Shown here piece by piece: positions 51,880 to 60,708 of a stretch of DNA of 64,000 nucleotides (position 1 is its first letter; the number at the start of each line of letters is the position of its first letter). Location: positions 2,044 through 66,043 of the forward strand of contig CAZFPL010000002.1 of assembly GCA_964521085.1 (NCBI GenBank), in the 5' to 3' direction. The position numbers and the translations under genes are program-made. The stretch is from an uncultured Anaerolineales bacterium (GTDB lineage: Bacteria > Chloroflexota > Anaerolineae > Anaerolineales > RBG-16-64-43). The notes beneath the pieces were generated by a model that did no database searches, was not told where the DNA came from, and saw only the letters and a program-made list of their open reading frames with translations.

Positions 51880-53144
51880 CAGGCCGGCAATTTCATCAAG
51901 GTCAAACTCTGGACGACTTTTTCCGGATCCACCCGAAAATGATCCAGGTCTTTCGCCCCCTCCGGATTCCGGTCTTCGGGCAAGGAATATCCGGTTAGAT
52001 AATAATATTCCTGATCCAGGGAATTGGCCATGGAATAGAATACCGGGTTGACGAACTTGGGCGGGAATATCTCCAGCACGGGAATCCCGCGCGGCGCGAA
52101 GAGCAGATTCGTCATTCCGGCGCCATGCGGCCCCGCGACCGCACTGGCCTGCGATAAGGTATCCACCTGTTCGCGAAAGGTCATTTTTTCCAACTCCACT
52201 TTTTCAAATCCGGCGCGTTCCAGAACGGAATATATTTCGTCTTCGTTTTGCAGGCGCCTGTAGCGCGCCCGGCTCCGGCTTATCCACAACCTCCGCTTTC
52301 CAGCGGGGTTCCTCTCCACGCCTATACGGCTCCGGAGCCAGCGGACGGCCCACGGCCGGATAAAACCGGGCGGGGCCAAATAGGACGGGACAAGCAGATG
52401 TTCCACCTCCCAATGGCCCTCCCTCAATCCATCCCAGCGGTCCGGACCGTATCCCAACGCTTCCAACGGCTGCGTGTATTTGGGCTGGGTATCGGGAACC
52501 ATGAATTTCGCTTCCTTGGCCAATCCCGCCGCCTCCAGCACCGACATCCGCAAAACCCCGTCCATCAACCAGTGGCCGACATTGATACCGGATGCCGGGA
52601 CGATCAAGGTTGCCCAGTATCCCCCGCGGCGTTCCAACCGGCCTAATCCGGGCTGTTCAAAAACCTTATTCTTCCAGATCGGGTCGCCCCATTGGTGGGC
52701 GAACTGGTCGAAGACGCGGTCGTCCGGAGAAATGACCGTTCCTTCCGACGTGGCGACCCGCCCCTGCCGGATGCAGGTGACGGAAAGCGCCGGAAAACGG
52801 TATTGGCAGTAGGTGTCGAACACCGGGGGATTGGGTTTTTCAATGGAGCGAGGTGCCGGCCCGGCGATGAGTTCGCTGTTCCTGATTTTTACCTGCCAAT
52901 GCATCGCCCGCCGGTCCGGTCGCCGATCCCGGCCTTCCGATTCGCGAATCCAAGCGGCCGAGTCCCAGATGACTCCCTTGGGTACCCCGCCGTTGCGCGA
53001 CGAGATCGGAAGCAGACGCACGATTCGCGTCGCGGTCCGCCGCACCAGCGGCCGGAGATCCCGATGCCAAAAAAGCGCAATGGTTCGTTTCATTCCCGCC
53101 TTTCGCGAATCGGAATGGGAAGATCGCCGGGAGAACCCATTCAT
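51879..53144 (-). CDS. GT61 / DUF563-family glycosyltransferase (paralogue of 49852-51048)
   Basis: 421 aa. NVGHWLMDGVLRM and RLWISRSRARYRRLQNEDEIYSVLERAGFEKVELEKMTFREQVDTLSQASAVAGPHGAGMTNLLFAP. The exact start is uncertain (M1 or M18). Confidence 0.7.
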   Translation of the reverse strand: MNGFSRRSSHSDSRKAGMKRTIALFWHRDLRPLVRRTATRIVRLLPISSRNGGVPKGVIWDSAAWIRESEGRDRRPDRRAMHWQVKIRNSELIAGPAPRSIEKPNPPVFDTYCQYRFPALSVTCIRQGRVATSEGTVISPDDRVFDQFAHQWGDPIWKNKVFEQPGLGRLERRGGYWATLIVPASGINVGHWLMDGVLRMSVLEAAGLAKEAKFMVPDTQPKYTQPLEALGYGPDRWDGLREGHWEVEHLLVPSYLAPPGFIRPWAVRWLRSRIGVERNPAGKRRLWISRSRARYRRLQNEDEIYSVLERAGFEKVELEKMTFREQVDTLSQASAVAGPHGAGMTNLLFAPRGIPVLEIFPPKFVNPVFYSMANSLDQEYYYLTGYSLPEDRNPEGAKDLDHFRVDPEKVVQSLTLMKLPA

Positions 53145-53388
53145 CCGGAGCGGAAACCCCGTGTCCCCATAACCTTCCAGTGAACAGCCGGCCTGGTGGA
53201 TGGGTGGGGGATTTATCCCCCGGCGAACGGACGTTTTCTATTAACTCAATCCATTATACCGGCGAAAAACCTCCGGCTGCAGATGGGGGGAATGCCGTTT
53301 GTGCGGCGGCGGTATTTGTTTATAATACCCCCACGGTTTTCGATAAGCCCGCAAAGAAGAAATCCGCTTTCGAAAAAAGAATCCGGTA

Positions 53389-54171
53389 TTGACAATGAAA
53401 AAAGCATCGGATCTCCCGATCTGGGTCCTCAACCTAAAGCAGGACAAGCGCAGGCTCCGACTTATGACGAAGCAGCTGCGCGCCTTAAAACTTGATTTTA
53501 GGATTGTGGAAGCATTGGATGGAACCCTGTTATCCCCGGACGACTGGAGACTCTATTCGAAGGAGAAGGCACTGGAGTTTTCGAAAAGGGAATTGGTCCC
53601 CGGAGAAATCGGCTGCGCCCTCTCCCACGCCAGAATGTGGGAATGCATGCTCCGGGAGAATATAAAAGAACTGTTGATTTTCGAAGACGATGTGCTGATC
53701 GGCGGGGCGCTTCCCGACATCCTCCGCCACCGGAACAAACTTCCCAAGGATTGGGAGTTTATAAATTTTTCCACCGATGCGCCGCAGGAACCCTTCGGCG
53801 ATTTCATCTCCGACATTTACCGGGCTTCGCGGCATAAGGAATTGGCGGATCGGGCTAGCGCGTATTTGATCAATTCCAAGGGCGTCAAGAAGCTCTTGGA
53901 AAACGTGTATCCGATCGGTCATACCGCAGACGGATTGACCTGGAGGGCGGACATCACGGGATTGGTTTCGTACGGGATTTATCCGCGCGTGGTGATCTTG
54001 AGCGATCTCGACAGCAGCATCTGGATCCGGGGCGAAATAAGACAACCCGGTTTCGCCGCTCGGAAGTACAAAGAATTTATCTTCATGATGAAAACCGTTT
54101 TCCGATTCTTCGGGATTACCCAATTGGCTAAGAAAATCAGAGGGCTGTTCTCTTCTTCTCCCCGCTCCTGA
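53389..54171 (+). CDS. Glycosyltransferase family 25 (LPS/LOS beta-1,4-galactosyltransferase-like)
   Basis: 260 aa and the only + strand gene in the locus. IWVLNLKQDKRRLRLMTKQLRALKLDFRIVEALDG...EIGCALSH...LIFEDD matches the GT25 pattern. The start is TTG 53389 or ATG 53395. Confidence 0.75.
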   Translation: MTMKKASDLPIWVLNLKQDKRRLRLMTKQLRALKLDFRIVEALDGTLLSPDDWRLYSKEKALEFSKRELVPGEIGCALSHARMWECMLRENIKELLIFEDDVLIGGALPDILRHRNKLPKDWEFINFSTDAPQEPFGDFISDIYRASRHKELADRASAYLINSKGVKKLLENVYPIGHTADGLTWRADITGLVSYGIYPRVVILSDLDSSIWIRGEIRQPGFAARKYKEFIFMMKTVFRFFGITQLAKKIRGLFSSSPRS

Positions 54172-54211
54172 GTCTGCGACGGAATTCTACCCGGATCGAT
54201 TCCTTTTCGAC

Positions 54212-54958
54212 CTACTTCACGGCGCGAACGCAAAGCATCAATGGATAATCGCGATCGACCTCGGTCAAAGCCGAAGGGGAGATCTCTTCCGCCGCCAGAC
54301 CGTACAGGTAGGCGGCCGCCAGCCGGACGTTTCCATACGATTCCACCTTCACCCCCTCCGCAGGAAACGCTTCGGCAAACAGCCTTTTCGCCGAGTCCGG
54401 AGTCATCCTCCAGTAGTCTCCCCACCGGTCGGCATCGTACCGGCTGATTTGCGAGATTCCCGGGATGGTCACCAGGGCCACTCCGCCGGATTTCAACATC
54501 CGGTGGATATTCTTAACGACGGAATGGATGTCATAGATCACGTGCAGCGTTTGGGTCAGAACTAGGCAATCGTAAACGTCCCAGATGAGTCCCTGCCCGG
54601 TGGCAAGATCTCCCTCAATCGTGGCTTCCGGATTTCCCGCGACCGCGTGCAGCACATCGGATTGGGTTATGCGGTCTCCGCCAAACCGCGTGGTGTATCC
54701 GCGGTCGGCCACCTCCAAAACCCGGCCGCGAATATCCATCGAATGTCCCCCGAGGAACCGTTCGATTAAAAAGCGGTCGATCGGGGTTCCCCGGTCGAAG
54801 GCGAAGTTGCGGCTGGCCGGCCTGGCCGGAAGCGGAAGAATCCCCGCCGGCCAGAATTTCCACCGGTTGACCGTCCGGCAGACGAAATGGGTAAGCTTTC
54901 GCAGGCGACCCTTTTTAGCCATGATCCCCATCCTACTGGAAGCGGGTGGCGATATCAA
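54212..54958 (-). CDS. Class-I SAM-dependent methyltransferase (polysaccharide-locus type)
   Basis: 248 aa. IERFLGGHSMDIRGRVLEVADRGYTTRFGG...FDCLVLTQTLHVIYD...LKSGGVALVTIPG. The alternative start ATG 54922 is possible. Confidence 0.7.
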   Translation of the reverse strand: MISPPASSRMGIMAKKGRLRKLTHFVCRTVNRWKFWPAGILPLPARPASRNFAFDRGTPIDRFLIERFLGGHSMDIRGRVLEVADRGYTTRFGGDRITQSDVLHAVAGNPEATIEGDLATGQGLIWDVYDCLVLTQTLHVIYDIHSVVKNIHRMLKSGGVALVTIPGISQISRYDADRWGDYWRMTPDSAKRLFAEAFPAEGVKVESYGNVRLAAAYLYGLAAEEISPSALTEVDRDYPLMLCVRAVK

Positions 54959-54970
54959 CCCCGAATGCGC

Positions 54971-56950
54971 TCATGGAATCCGGAAGATCAAGTAGTGACC
55001 GATGACGGTCTCCGGCTCCTTGCCCTGCAGGTAATCCGGAACGCCGACATTCCGGTCCACCACTATCCAGGATCCGCCGGCCGGAGGTTCCGCGGATGCG
55101 GATCCGAGGTTGCGCACGCCGAAACGGGTTTCCAGCAAATAATCAAACCAGTCTTCGATCCGGCATCCCAGGCACTGCGGGTCTCCCGGCGAATTGGAAT
55201 CGTACATCCAATACTCCACCCACAGGGTGCGTTCCGTACCGGTGCCGGCCCTTTCGGCAAGAAATTCCACGACCTTCCACTGGTCGTTGTCCGTCCCGGA
55301 ATACCCGTTCGTGAGTGTATTCGAAATCCTTTCCACACATAAAGGCACGGGCAATATCGCCGCGCCCAAGGCCATCGTCAAAATCGCGTGGGCTAGATCA
55401 GGCCGGCGGAACCGTTCCGCCGCCCATCGCAAGCCCAGGACCGCAATCCAAACCTGAAACGGCCACATGAACCAAAAGCGCTCCGGCCTCCCGGGCTCCG
55501 CCATGATCACCAACACCAGCCAGGGCAGCGTGAAAACGAGGAACAGGATCGCATGATCCGGCTGCCTTTCCGGGACGAAGGCGGAGAGCAACCACCCCAG
55601 GCAGACGGCCAGCCAGAACCATGGAGCGAATCCCCTCATCTGCTCCACGGCCAGGGACATGTTGCGGTCGAGGGACTTATCCGCCGCGAAATTTGCGACC
55701 AGATCCGGGTTCAGCGCAAGATAGAAAACCAGCGCGCCGGCCGCGGCCAGCACCAGGGGAATCCACGGTTTCCGGCAGGCGATATCCACAATCCGCCGCG
55801 CCGGGCGCCAGGACCGGAATAAAACCCACCCCAACCCCATCCAACCGATCATGAAAATCCACCACAGGAGGGTGTTTAAAATCCGATTCGTCCCGAGGGA
55901 AAACAGATCGGTGTCGAAGTTTCTATCAATGTTCAATAGGATCCGGCAGATTCGATAGGCCGCCTGGTTCTTCCACCCGGCAATCGGGTAGATCACCCGT
56001 TGTTCGATCTCCGAACCGCCTACGTAGGGAAGGTAAATATCGTTCGGTTCGTCATTTTCGCCGGGCATGGCGGAGTAACAGTAAACGGGATCGGCGGAGG
56101 ATTTTTCCCAAACCGAACCCACGGGCCGCAGGAGCAGAATGGAAGCCAGGTCCACGAATCCGCGGCCGGATTCAAACTGCAAATAGGGGAACCACACCAG
56201 CAAGCCAAACAACGCCGAGAACAGCAGACTCTTCCATCCGACCGGCGGACGAAAGACCAGCCACAGGACGGGCAGAACGAAGAGAAAAGGAAGAATCGCC
56301 AAGTCGACATACAACCCAAAGGCGAGGATCGCAAGCGCCGCCCCCAGCGCCCAGGACACGCGCCGCTTCACCCAAAGGATGAGGAAATACAACGGCGCCA
56401 GGATGAAAATGGGATGACCGACCGGCCAAAGCCCGATGAACCCCAGGCGGGACGCGCCATACACGATGGCCGTCGTAAGCGCCACTGCGCGGCCGGCGAG
56501 CTCGCGGGCCGCCAGATACAGGAAAATCAGGGTGCCGTACACCAACAGAGCGGTTCCGGCCAAATCCTGCAAGCGCGGATCCGAGGTCAACAACATTCCC
56601 GGGGCCATCAGAAAAAACGTGCCCGGTGGATTGAAGGAGCCGTAACTGGATATTTCTCCCTGCCGGGGGATCTTTCCGGTCGCAAGAAAATCCCGTGTGC
56701 CGTAAAAATAAGGAAGCATGTCAAGATTAAGGAGCTCGCCGCTTCGCCACCCCTGAAAGTGCATGAGCAGGGTAAACGTTCCGACCGCCATGATCAAGAA
56801 TAGATCGATCCAAATAGTATTTTTTGGATTCTTAAACGCAGCAACAATTCCATGCAGACTCGGTCGCGATTTGCCCTGGATCTCTCTCGAATCATCCGGA
56901 AGGGGAGTGACGGGTTTAAGCACAGCGGATTGAGAATTTTTCATGATCAT
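54971..56950 (-). CDS. Polytopic GT-C-like glycosyltransferase (ArnT/PMT_2-like), paralogue of 37160-39043
   Basis: ORF track gives 54971..57577. The first 209 aa are Arg/Gly/Ala-rich and overlap the GT2 gene region, so the start is trimmed to ATG 56950 (MIMKNSQ...). First loop: LNLDMLPYFYGTRDFLATGKIPRQGEISSYGSFNPPGTFFLMAPG. Many TM helices and a C-terminal soluble domain follow. Confidence 0.6.
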   Translation of the reverse strand: MIMKNSQSAVLKPVTPLPDDSREIQGKSRPSLHGIVAAFKNPKNTIWIDLFLIMAVGTFTLLMHFQGWRSGELLNLDMLPYFYGTRDFLATGKIPRQGEISSYGSFNPPGTFFLMAPGMLLTSDPRLQDLAGTALLVYGTLIFLYLAARELAGRAVALTTAIVYGASRLGFIGLWPVGHPIFILAPLYFLILWVKRRVSWALGAALAILAFGLYVDLAILPFLFVLPVLWLVFRPPVGWKSLLFSALFGLLVWFPYLQFESGRGFVDLASILLLRPVGSVWEKSSADPVYCYSAMPGENDEPNDIYLPYVGGSEIEQRVIYPIAGWKNQAAYRICRILLNIDRNFDTDLFSLGTNRILNTLLWWIFMIGWMGLGWVLFRSWRPARRIVDIACRKPWIPLVLAAAGALVFYLALNPDLVANFAADKSLDRNMSLAVEQMRGFAPWFWLAVCLGWLLSAFVPERQPDHAILFLVFTLPWLVLVIMAEPGRPERFWFMWPFQVWIAVLGLRWAAERFRRPDLAHAILTMALGAAILPVPLCVERISNTLTNGYSGTDNDQWKVVEFLAERAGTGTERTLWVEYWMYDSNSPGDPQCLGCRIEDWFDYLLETRFGVRNLGSASAEPPAGGSWIVVDRNVGVPDYLQGKEPETVIGHYLIFRIP

Positions 56951-57210
56951 CCTTGGGAGTTGCCTTTCCCGCCTCAGAAAAGAGGTCTCCAACGCGATGG
57001 GATATTTACGACAGGCTCCTGATAATCCGTGACCTTTGAAAAACGTCATCCGACCGGGGCTTAAGCCCCGTTCTTCCTGCAACGCCCGGCTATTGCCGGG
57101 TTTTAAAATCCGGCCTCGATAGATGGAAGGGGATGCATCCGCCGACGATGCGGCTGTTTTCTCAACTCCATTTCGAAAACGTTGCGCTCCTGCGTCGGAT
57201 CCGCCGGCTG

Positions 57211-58170
57211 TCAGAACGATCCGCGATGCAGCAGGATCTGAAGCCAACGCGCTTCCCGCCGGAAAGCGGGATGTTTCCAGATCCGCCGAAGCACAAACCA
57301 CCGCCAGACGAATGCGTTCATACTTTTCCCCTGCGTCACGTCCGCCAGGATCAGGCGGAGCATTTGCCGGCAGACCAGGCCTTCGGGTTCGCGGCGGAGC
57401 TTTCCCGGCAAGGCATTCAGGTAATCCAGCAGCCAGCTCCAGAATTCCATCTCGTTCTTCCGGAGCGCTTCCGGATCGCTGAAGAGTTTCGCCACGGAGG
57501 ACTGTCCGTGCTGGCGGTAGCGCGCCACGAAGGCCGAGTCCGCGCGCACAGGATATCGCAGGCTGAGTTTGGCCCAAACCGCCATATCCGTCCGCACCTT
57601 GCGGAACCGCTCTTCGAACCCACCGACCTCATTCAGTGCGGAGTGCCGGATCAGGGTGGCCGTGGGGCAGGGGTAGATGTTCGCATCCCGGAGAAACGCC
57701 ACCGTCAATTCCGGCGGGCGGTAGATCCGGTCTTCGAGGGGCGCGAACGGCTGATCCCATCCGGTTCCCTCCTTGGGATCATCGAAAAAGTAGCGCACCC
57801 GCGCAAACGTCATCGCCGCCTCGGGCGCTTCTTCCAGGATCTTCTTCTGGCGTTCGAGCTTCTCCGGAAGCCAGATATCGTCGGCGTCGAGGAAGGCGAT
57901 GTACTCCCCGCGCGCCTCCCGCAGACCGCGGTTGCGCGCCGCGCTCGCCCCGCGCGCATCAGAAGCCTCCGGCAGGAGTGGGCGCACCCGGGTTGGATCG
58001 CGCCGCGCATATTCGAGTGCGAGTTCTGCGCTGCCGTCCTCGGATCCATCGTCGACCAGAATCGTCTCCCAATCGGAGATCGTCTGGGCATATACCGATT
58101 CCACCGCATATGCGAGAAACCGGCGCATATTTAAAAACGGTATGATGACGCTGATCGCAGGAGACGGCAT
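57211..58170 (-). CDS. Glycosyltransferase family 2
   Basis: 319 aa. ISVIIPFLNMRRFLAYAVESVYAQT...ILVDDGSEDGS and FLDADD (DxD). Confidence 0.85.
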   Translation of the reverse strand: MPSPAISVIIPFLNMRRFLAYAVESVYAQTISDWETILVDDGSEDGSAELALEYARRDPTRVRPLLPEASDARGASAARNRGLREARGEYIAFLDADDIWLPEKLERQKKILEEAPEAAMTFARVRYFFDDPKEGTGWDQPFAPLEDRIYRPPELTVAFLRDANIYPCPTATLIRHSALNEVGGFEERFRKVRTDMAVWAKLSLRYPVRADSAFVARYRQHGQSSVAKLFSDPEALRKNEMEFWSWLLDYLNALPGKLRREPEGLVCRQMLRLILADVTQGKSMNAFVWRWFVLRRIWKHPAFRREARWLQILLHRGSF

Positions 58171-58176
58171 TTCTCC

Positions 58177-59796
58177 TCAGGGAGTCAACTCATAAATCAT
58201 CCGCGATCCGTCGCGGCTGGTGTAGATGGGAGTCAGCGCGCTTTCCGCAATCGGGACGAAATCGGGGGCAAGTCCGCGCAGATCGTCATCCACCACCAGG
58301 TAGCGGCATCCGGCTTCACTCATCGCCGCCCGCAAGGCATCCGGGTCACCGACCTCATAGAAGAGTTGCCAATACCCGTAAACGTCATGATGGGAATAAA
58401 TGGCTTCCGCCGCGTTGTACGAAATGACGCATTCGCCGCGCGGAACCTGCGCCGATAGTTCCGTCAACCAGGCCCGGTACTGATCCTCCGATTGCCGCTT
58501 CGCATTCCAACTGCGGAATTGCCCCGCTGCGAAGGCCAGCTGGGCTCCGAGCATGCTCACGGCCACAAGTGACCATATCGCAATAAGCGGCGCCTGCTCC
58601 GACTTGAGAAGCGCTCGGAATTGCGCTGCCACCGGGACGGCTCCCGCCACAACCAGGGTGATCAGAACGGGGAACAGCATTCCGAAGAACCCCGGCCGAT
58701 AGGAAGCCAGGGCGTACCCGGCGAGCGGTAAACACCACAGCAGCGCCAACCCAATGACCGCGCGTTTGCCGCCGTTCCACAACGCCAACGCGCCGCCGGC
58801 GGCCAAAAAGAGGAACATCGCTCCGCCCAGGATGCTGTACGCATCGTAAAACATCCGAGCGGCATTCGCCGCCGTCCGCGGAAGCCGCGAGAGAAACGCT
58901 TTGGGATTCCGGGCAATTGCTCGCAAAACGTTGTTGCCGTTTTCCTCCGCCGTTCCATACAGTTCGGCCGAACTGGGAGAGGGAATGACCTCGTATCGGT
59001 CGGTATAAAGAAAGTTGTGCCCCTGCTCGAAGGCCAGGTAACTTCGCTGTCCGATTTGCGGATCCCATTTGCCGGCAACGATGCCGTACGCCAGGACAAA
59101 GAGGACCACCGGGATGATGAATCCGCCCGCGAAGAAAAGCGCATCCCGCACCGCAGGACGGCCGCGTCCGCGGAAGAACCAAAGGATGGGAATGAGCATA
59201 CATCCCAGGATCAATCCGTCCAATCGCGCCAGCGCCGCAAACCCCAGCAACAGCCCGATCCCGATCCAGCGCACGACGCCCATCTTCCCCCCGCCCCGTT
59301 TCTCCGCGATCCAGCCGGAGATCAGAACGGCGAAGCTCAAGCCGGCCAGCGCGCCATAGAGGGAATCCGCCGTGACCATCAGAATGGTGGTCACCGGCCG
59401 GGCAATCGCCATCACGGCCAATGCCGCCCAGCCGCCCCATCGGCCGCCGACGGCCTTCCCCGCGATTCCCGCGGCCGCCATAATACCGATGAGCAAAATC
59501 ACTCTGCGCACGATGGAAACATAACCCAACAACATGTGGTCGCGCGGGAAGAAGAGATAAATGAAGCCGTTGAGGATGCCGGAAAGCGGTCCACTTCCCA
59601 GCGGCATCATGGTCCCCTGCTCCACCAGCCGGACTCCGTCGAAAAGGTAACCGCTGTCGTCCAAGCCGGGGAACCGCTCGCTGAGGATGGGCAGCTGGCA
59701 GAGGATCCCAAAAATAAAAAGCGCCGCAGTGACGATGATTCCGGACCACCGGAACCGGATTGTGCTTTCGGCAAGTTTTCGCAGGGAATTCACCAT
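58177..59796 (-). CDS. Polytopic GT-C-like membrane protein (ArnT/PMT_2-like, divergent)
   Basis: 539 aa with about 12 TM helices. First loop: FPGLDDSGYLFDGVRLVEQGTMMPLGSGPLSGILNGFIYLFF. There is a C-terminal ~110-aa soluble domain. Confidence 0.5.
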   Translation of the reverse strand: MVNSLRKLAESTIRFRWSGIIVTAALFIFGILCQLPILSERFPGLDDSGYLFDGVRLVEQGTMMPLGSGPLSGILNGFIYLFFPRDHMLLGYVSIVRRVILLIGIMAAAGIAGKAVGGRWGGWAALAVMAIARPVTTILMVTADSLYGALAGLSFAVLISGWIAEKRGGGKMGVVRWIGIGLLLGFAALARLDGLILGCMLIPILWFFRGRGRPAVRDALFFAGGFIIPVVLFVLAYGIVAGKWDPQIGQRSYLAFEQGHNFLYTDRYEVIPSPSSAELYGTAEENGNNVLRAIARNPKAFLSRLPRTAANAARMFYDAYSILGGAMFLFLAAGGALALWNGGKRAVIGLALLWCLPLAGYALASYRPGFFGMLFPVLITLVVAGAVPVAAQFRALLKSEQAPLIAIWSLVAVSMLGAQLAFAAGQFRSWNAKRQSEDQYRAWLTELSAQVPRGECVISYNAAEAIYSHHDVYGYWQLFYEVGDPDALRAAMSEAGCRYLVVDDDLRGLAPDFVPIAESALTPIYTSRDGSRMIYELTP

Positions 59797-59829
59797 TATG
59801 TCAACCTTCCTTTGCCGGGCGGACCCGAT

Positions 59830-60708
59830 TTACCCGGGCTTCCATCGCTTTCGTCCGAGAACCCAAACCCGCAGAAGATCAGGGAGCGTCCTCAACCTGC
59901 GGCGCAGAATATCCGCGGAGAACGCATGCACAATTCTCCCATCCGGACGGATCCGGTGCGTGGCGTCGGGAGTGCCGTAAAGATAGCGTTCGTAACTGGC
60001 CAGGGCGAAGTTGCGTTTAGCCTCCTCGCCCGCATACACGCCTTTCTGCCCGCCGGCATGATGTCCGTATTCGTGATTCTGGTGGATGGCGAAGACGTAA
60101 TCGGAACTGTTGATCACGTCCATCCTCCGCGCGAGGGCCCAGAACACGATCCAATTATCCCAGGCCGGACGTCCGATGACGATCGGGGGAAATTCCGCAA
60201 GACCTGTTCCTCCGCCCCAGGCGCCCTTTGGAAACATGAAATAATCCAGAGCGGATTTGATCGCCGGCTTCCCGTGTTCGTGGGCGAATCCTTCCAACCG
60301 GCTTTCCCAATCGGGAAGGGAGAAATCAAATGGTTCGCGAAGGTCGGTATCCCACCGGCGCCCGAACATCATGTACGGCTTACGCCAAGTCGCCAGAGTC
60401 TGCGCCGCCCGGATCAATCGATTGGTAAACAAGATGTCCGCATTGGCATAGAGCAGGATCGGAAACGACGCGTGGGCTTCGGCTACCGAAAAAATCGACC
60501 GCAACAGCGGCGTTCCGAATTCACTCCGTTCCACCTCCGGGATCATCCGCGCGCCGAATTCCCTGGCGACTGCGGCGCTTCCCTTCTCCTCGCCGATCAG
60601 AAGCACTTCGCAAGCGGGCTCCAGCCGCCGCCAGCAGGCCACGGTGTTCCGCTGGGTAATTTCGACGGCATCCTGAAACGGTTTGGTCGATGTGAACAGG
60701 GTGATCAT
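59830..60708 (-). CDS. Hypothetical protein, possible GT-A-like transferase (unclassified)
   Basis: 292 aa. MITLFTSTKPFQDAVEITQRNTVACWRRLEPACEVLLIGEE...LLYANADILF. The start overlaps the upstream stop as ATGA. Confidence 0.45.
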   Translation of the reverse strand: MITLFTSTKPFQDAVEITQRNTVACWRRLEPACEVLLIGEEKGSAAVAREFGARMIPEVERSEFGTPLLRSIFSVAEAHASFPILLYANADILFTNRLIRAAQTLATWRKPYMMFGRRWDTDLREPFDFSLPDWESRLEGFAHEHGKPAIKSALDYFMFPKGAWGGGTGLAEFPPIVIGRPAWDNWIVFWALARRMDVINSSDYVFAIHQNHEYGHHAGGQKGVYAGEEAKRNFALASYERYLYGTPDATHRIRPDGRIVHAFSADILRRRLRTLPDLLRVWVLGRKRWKPG

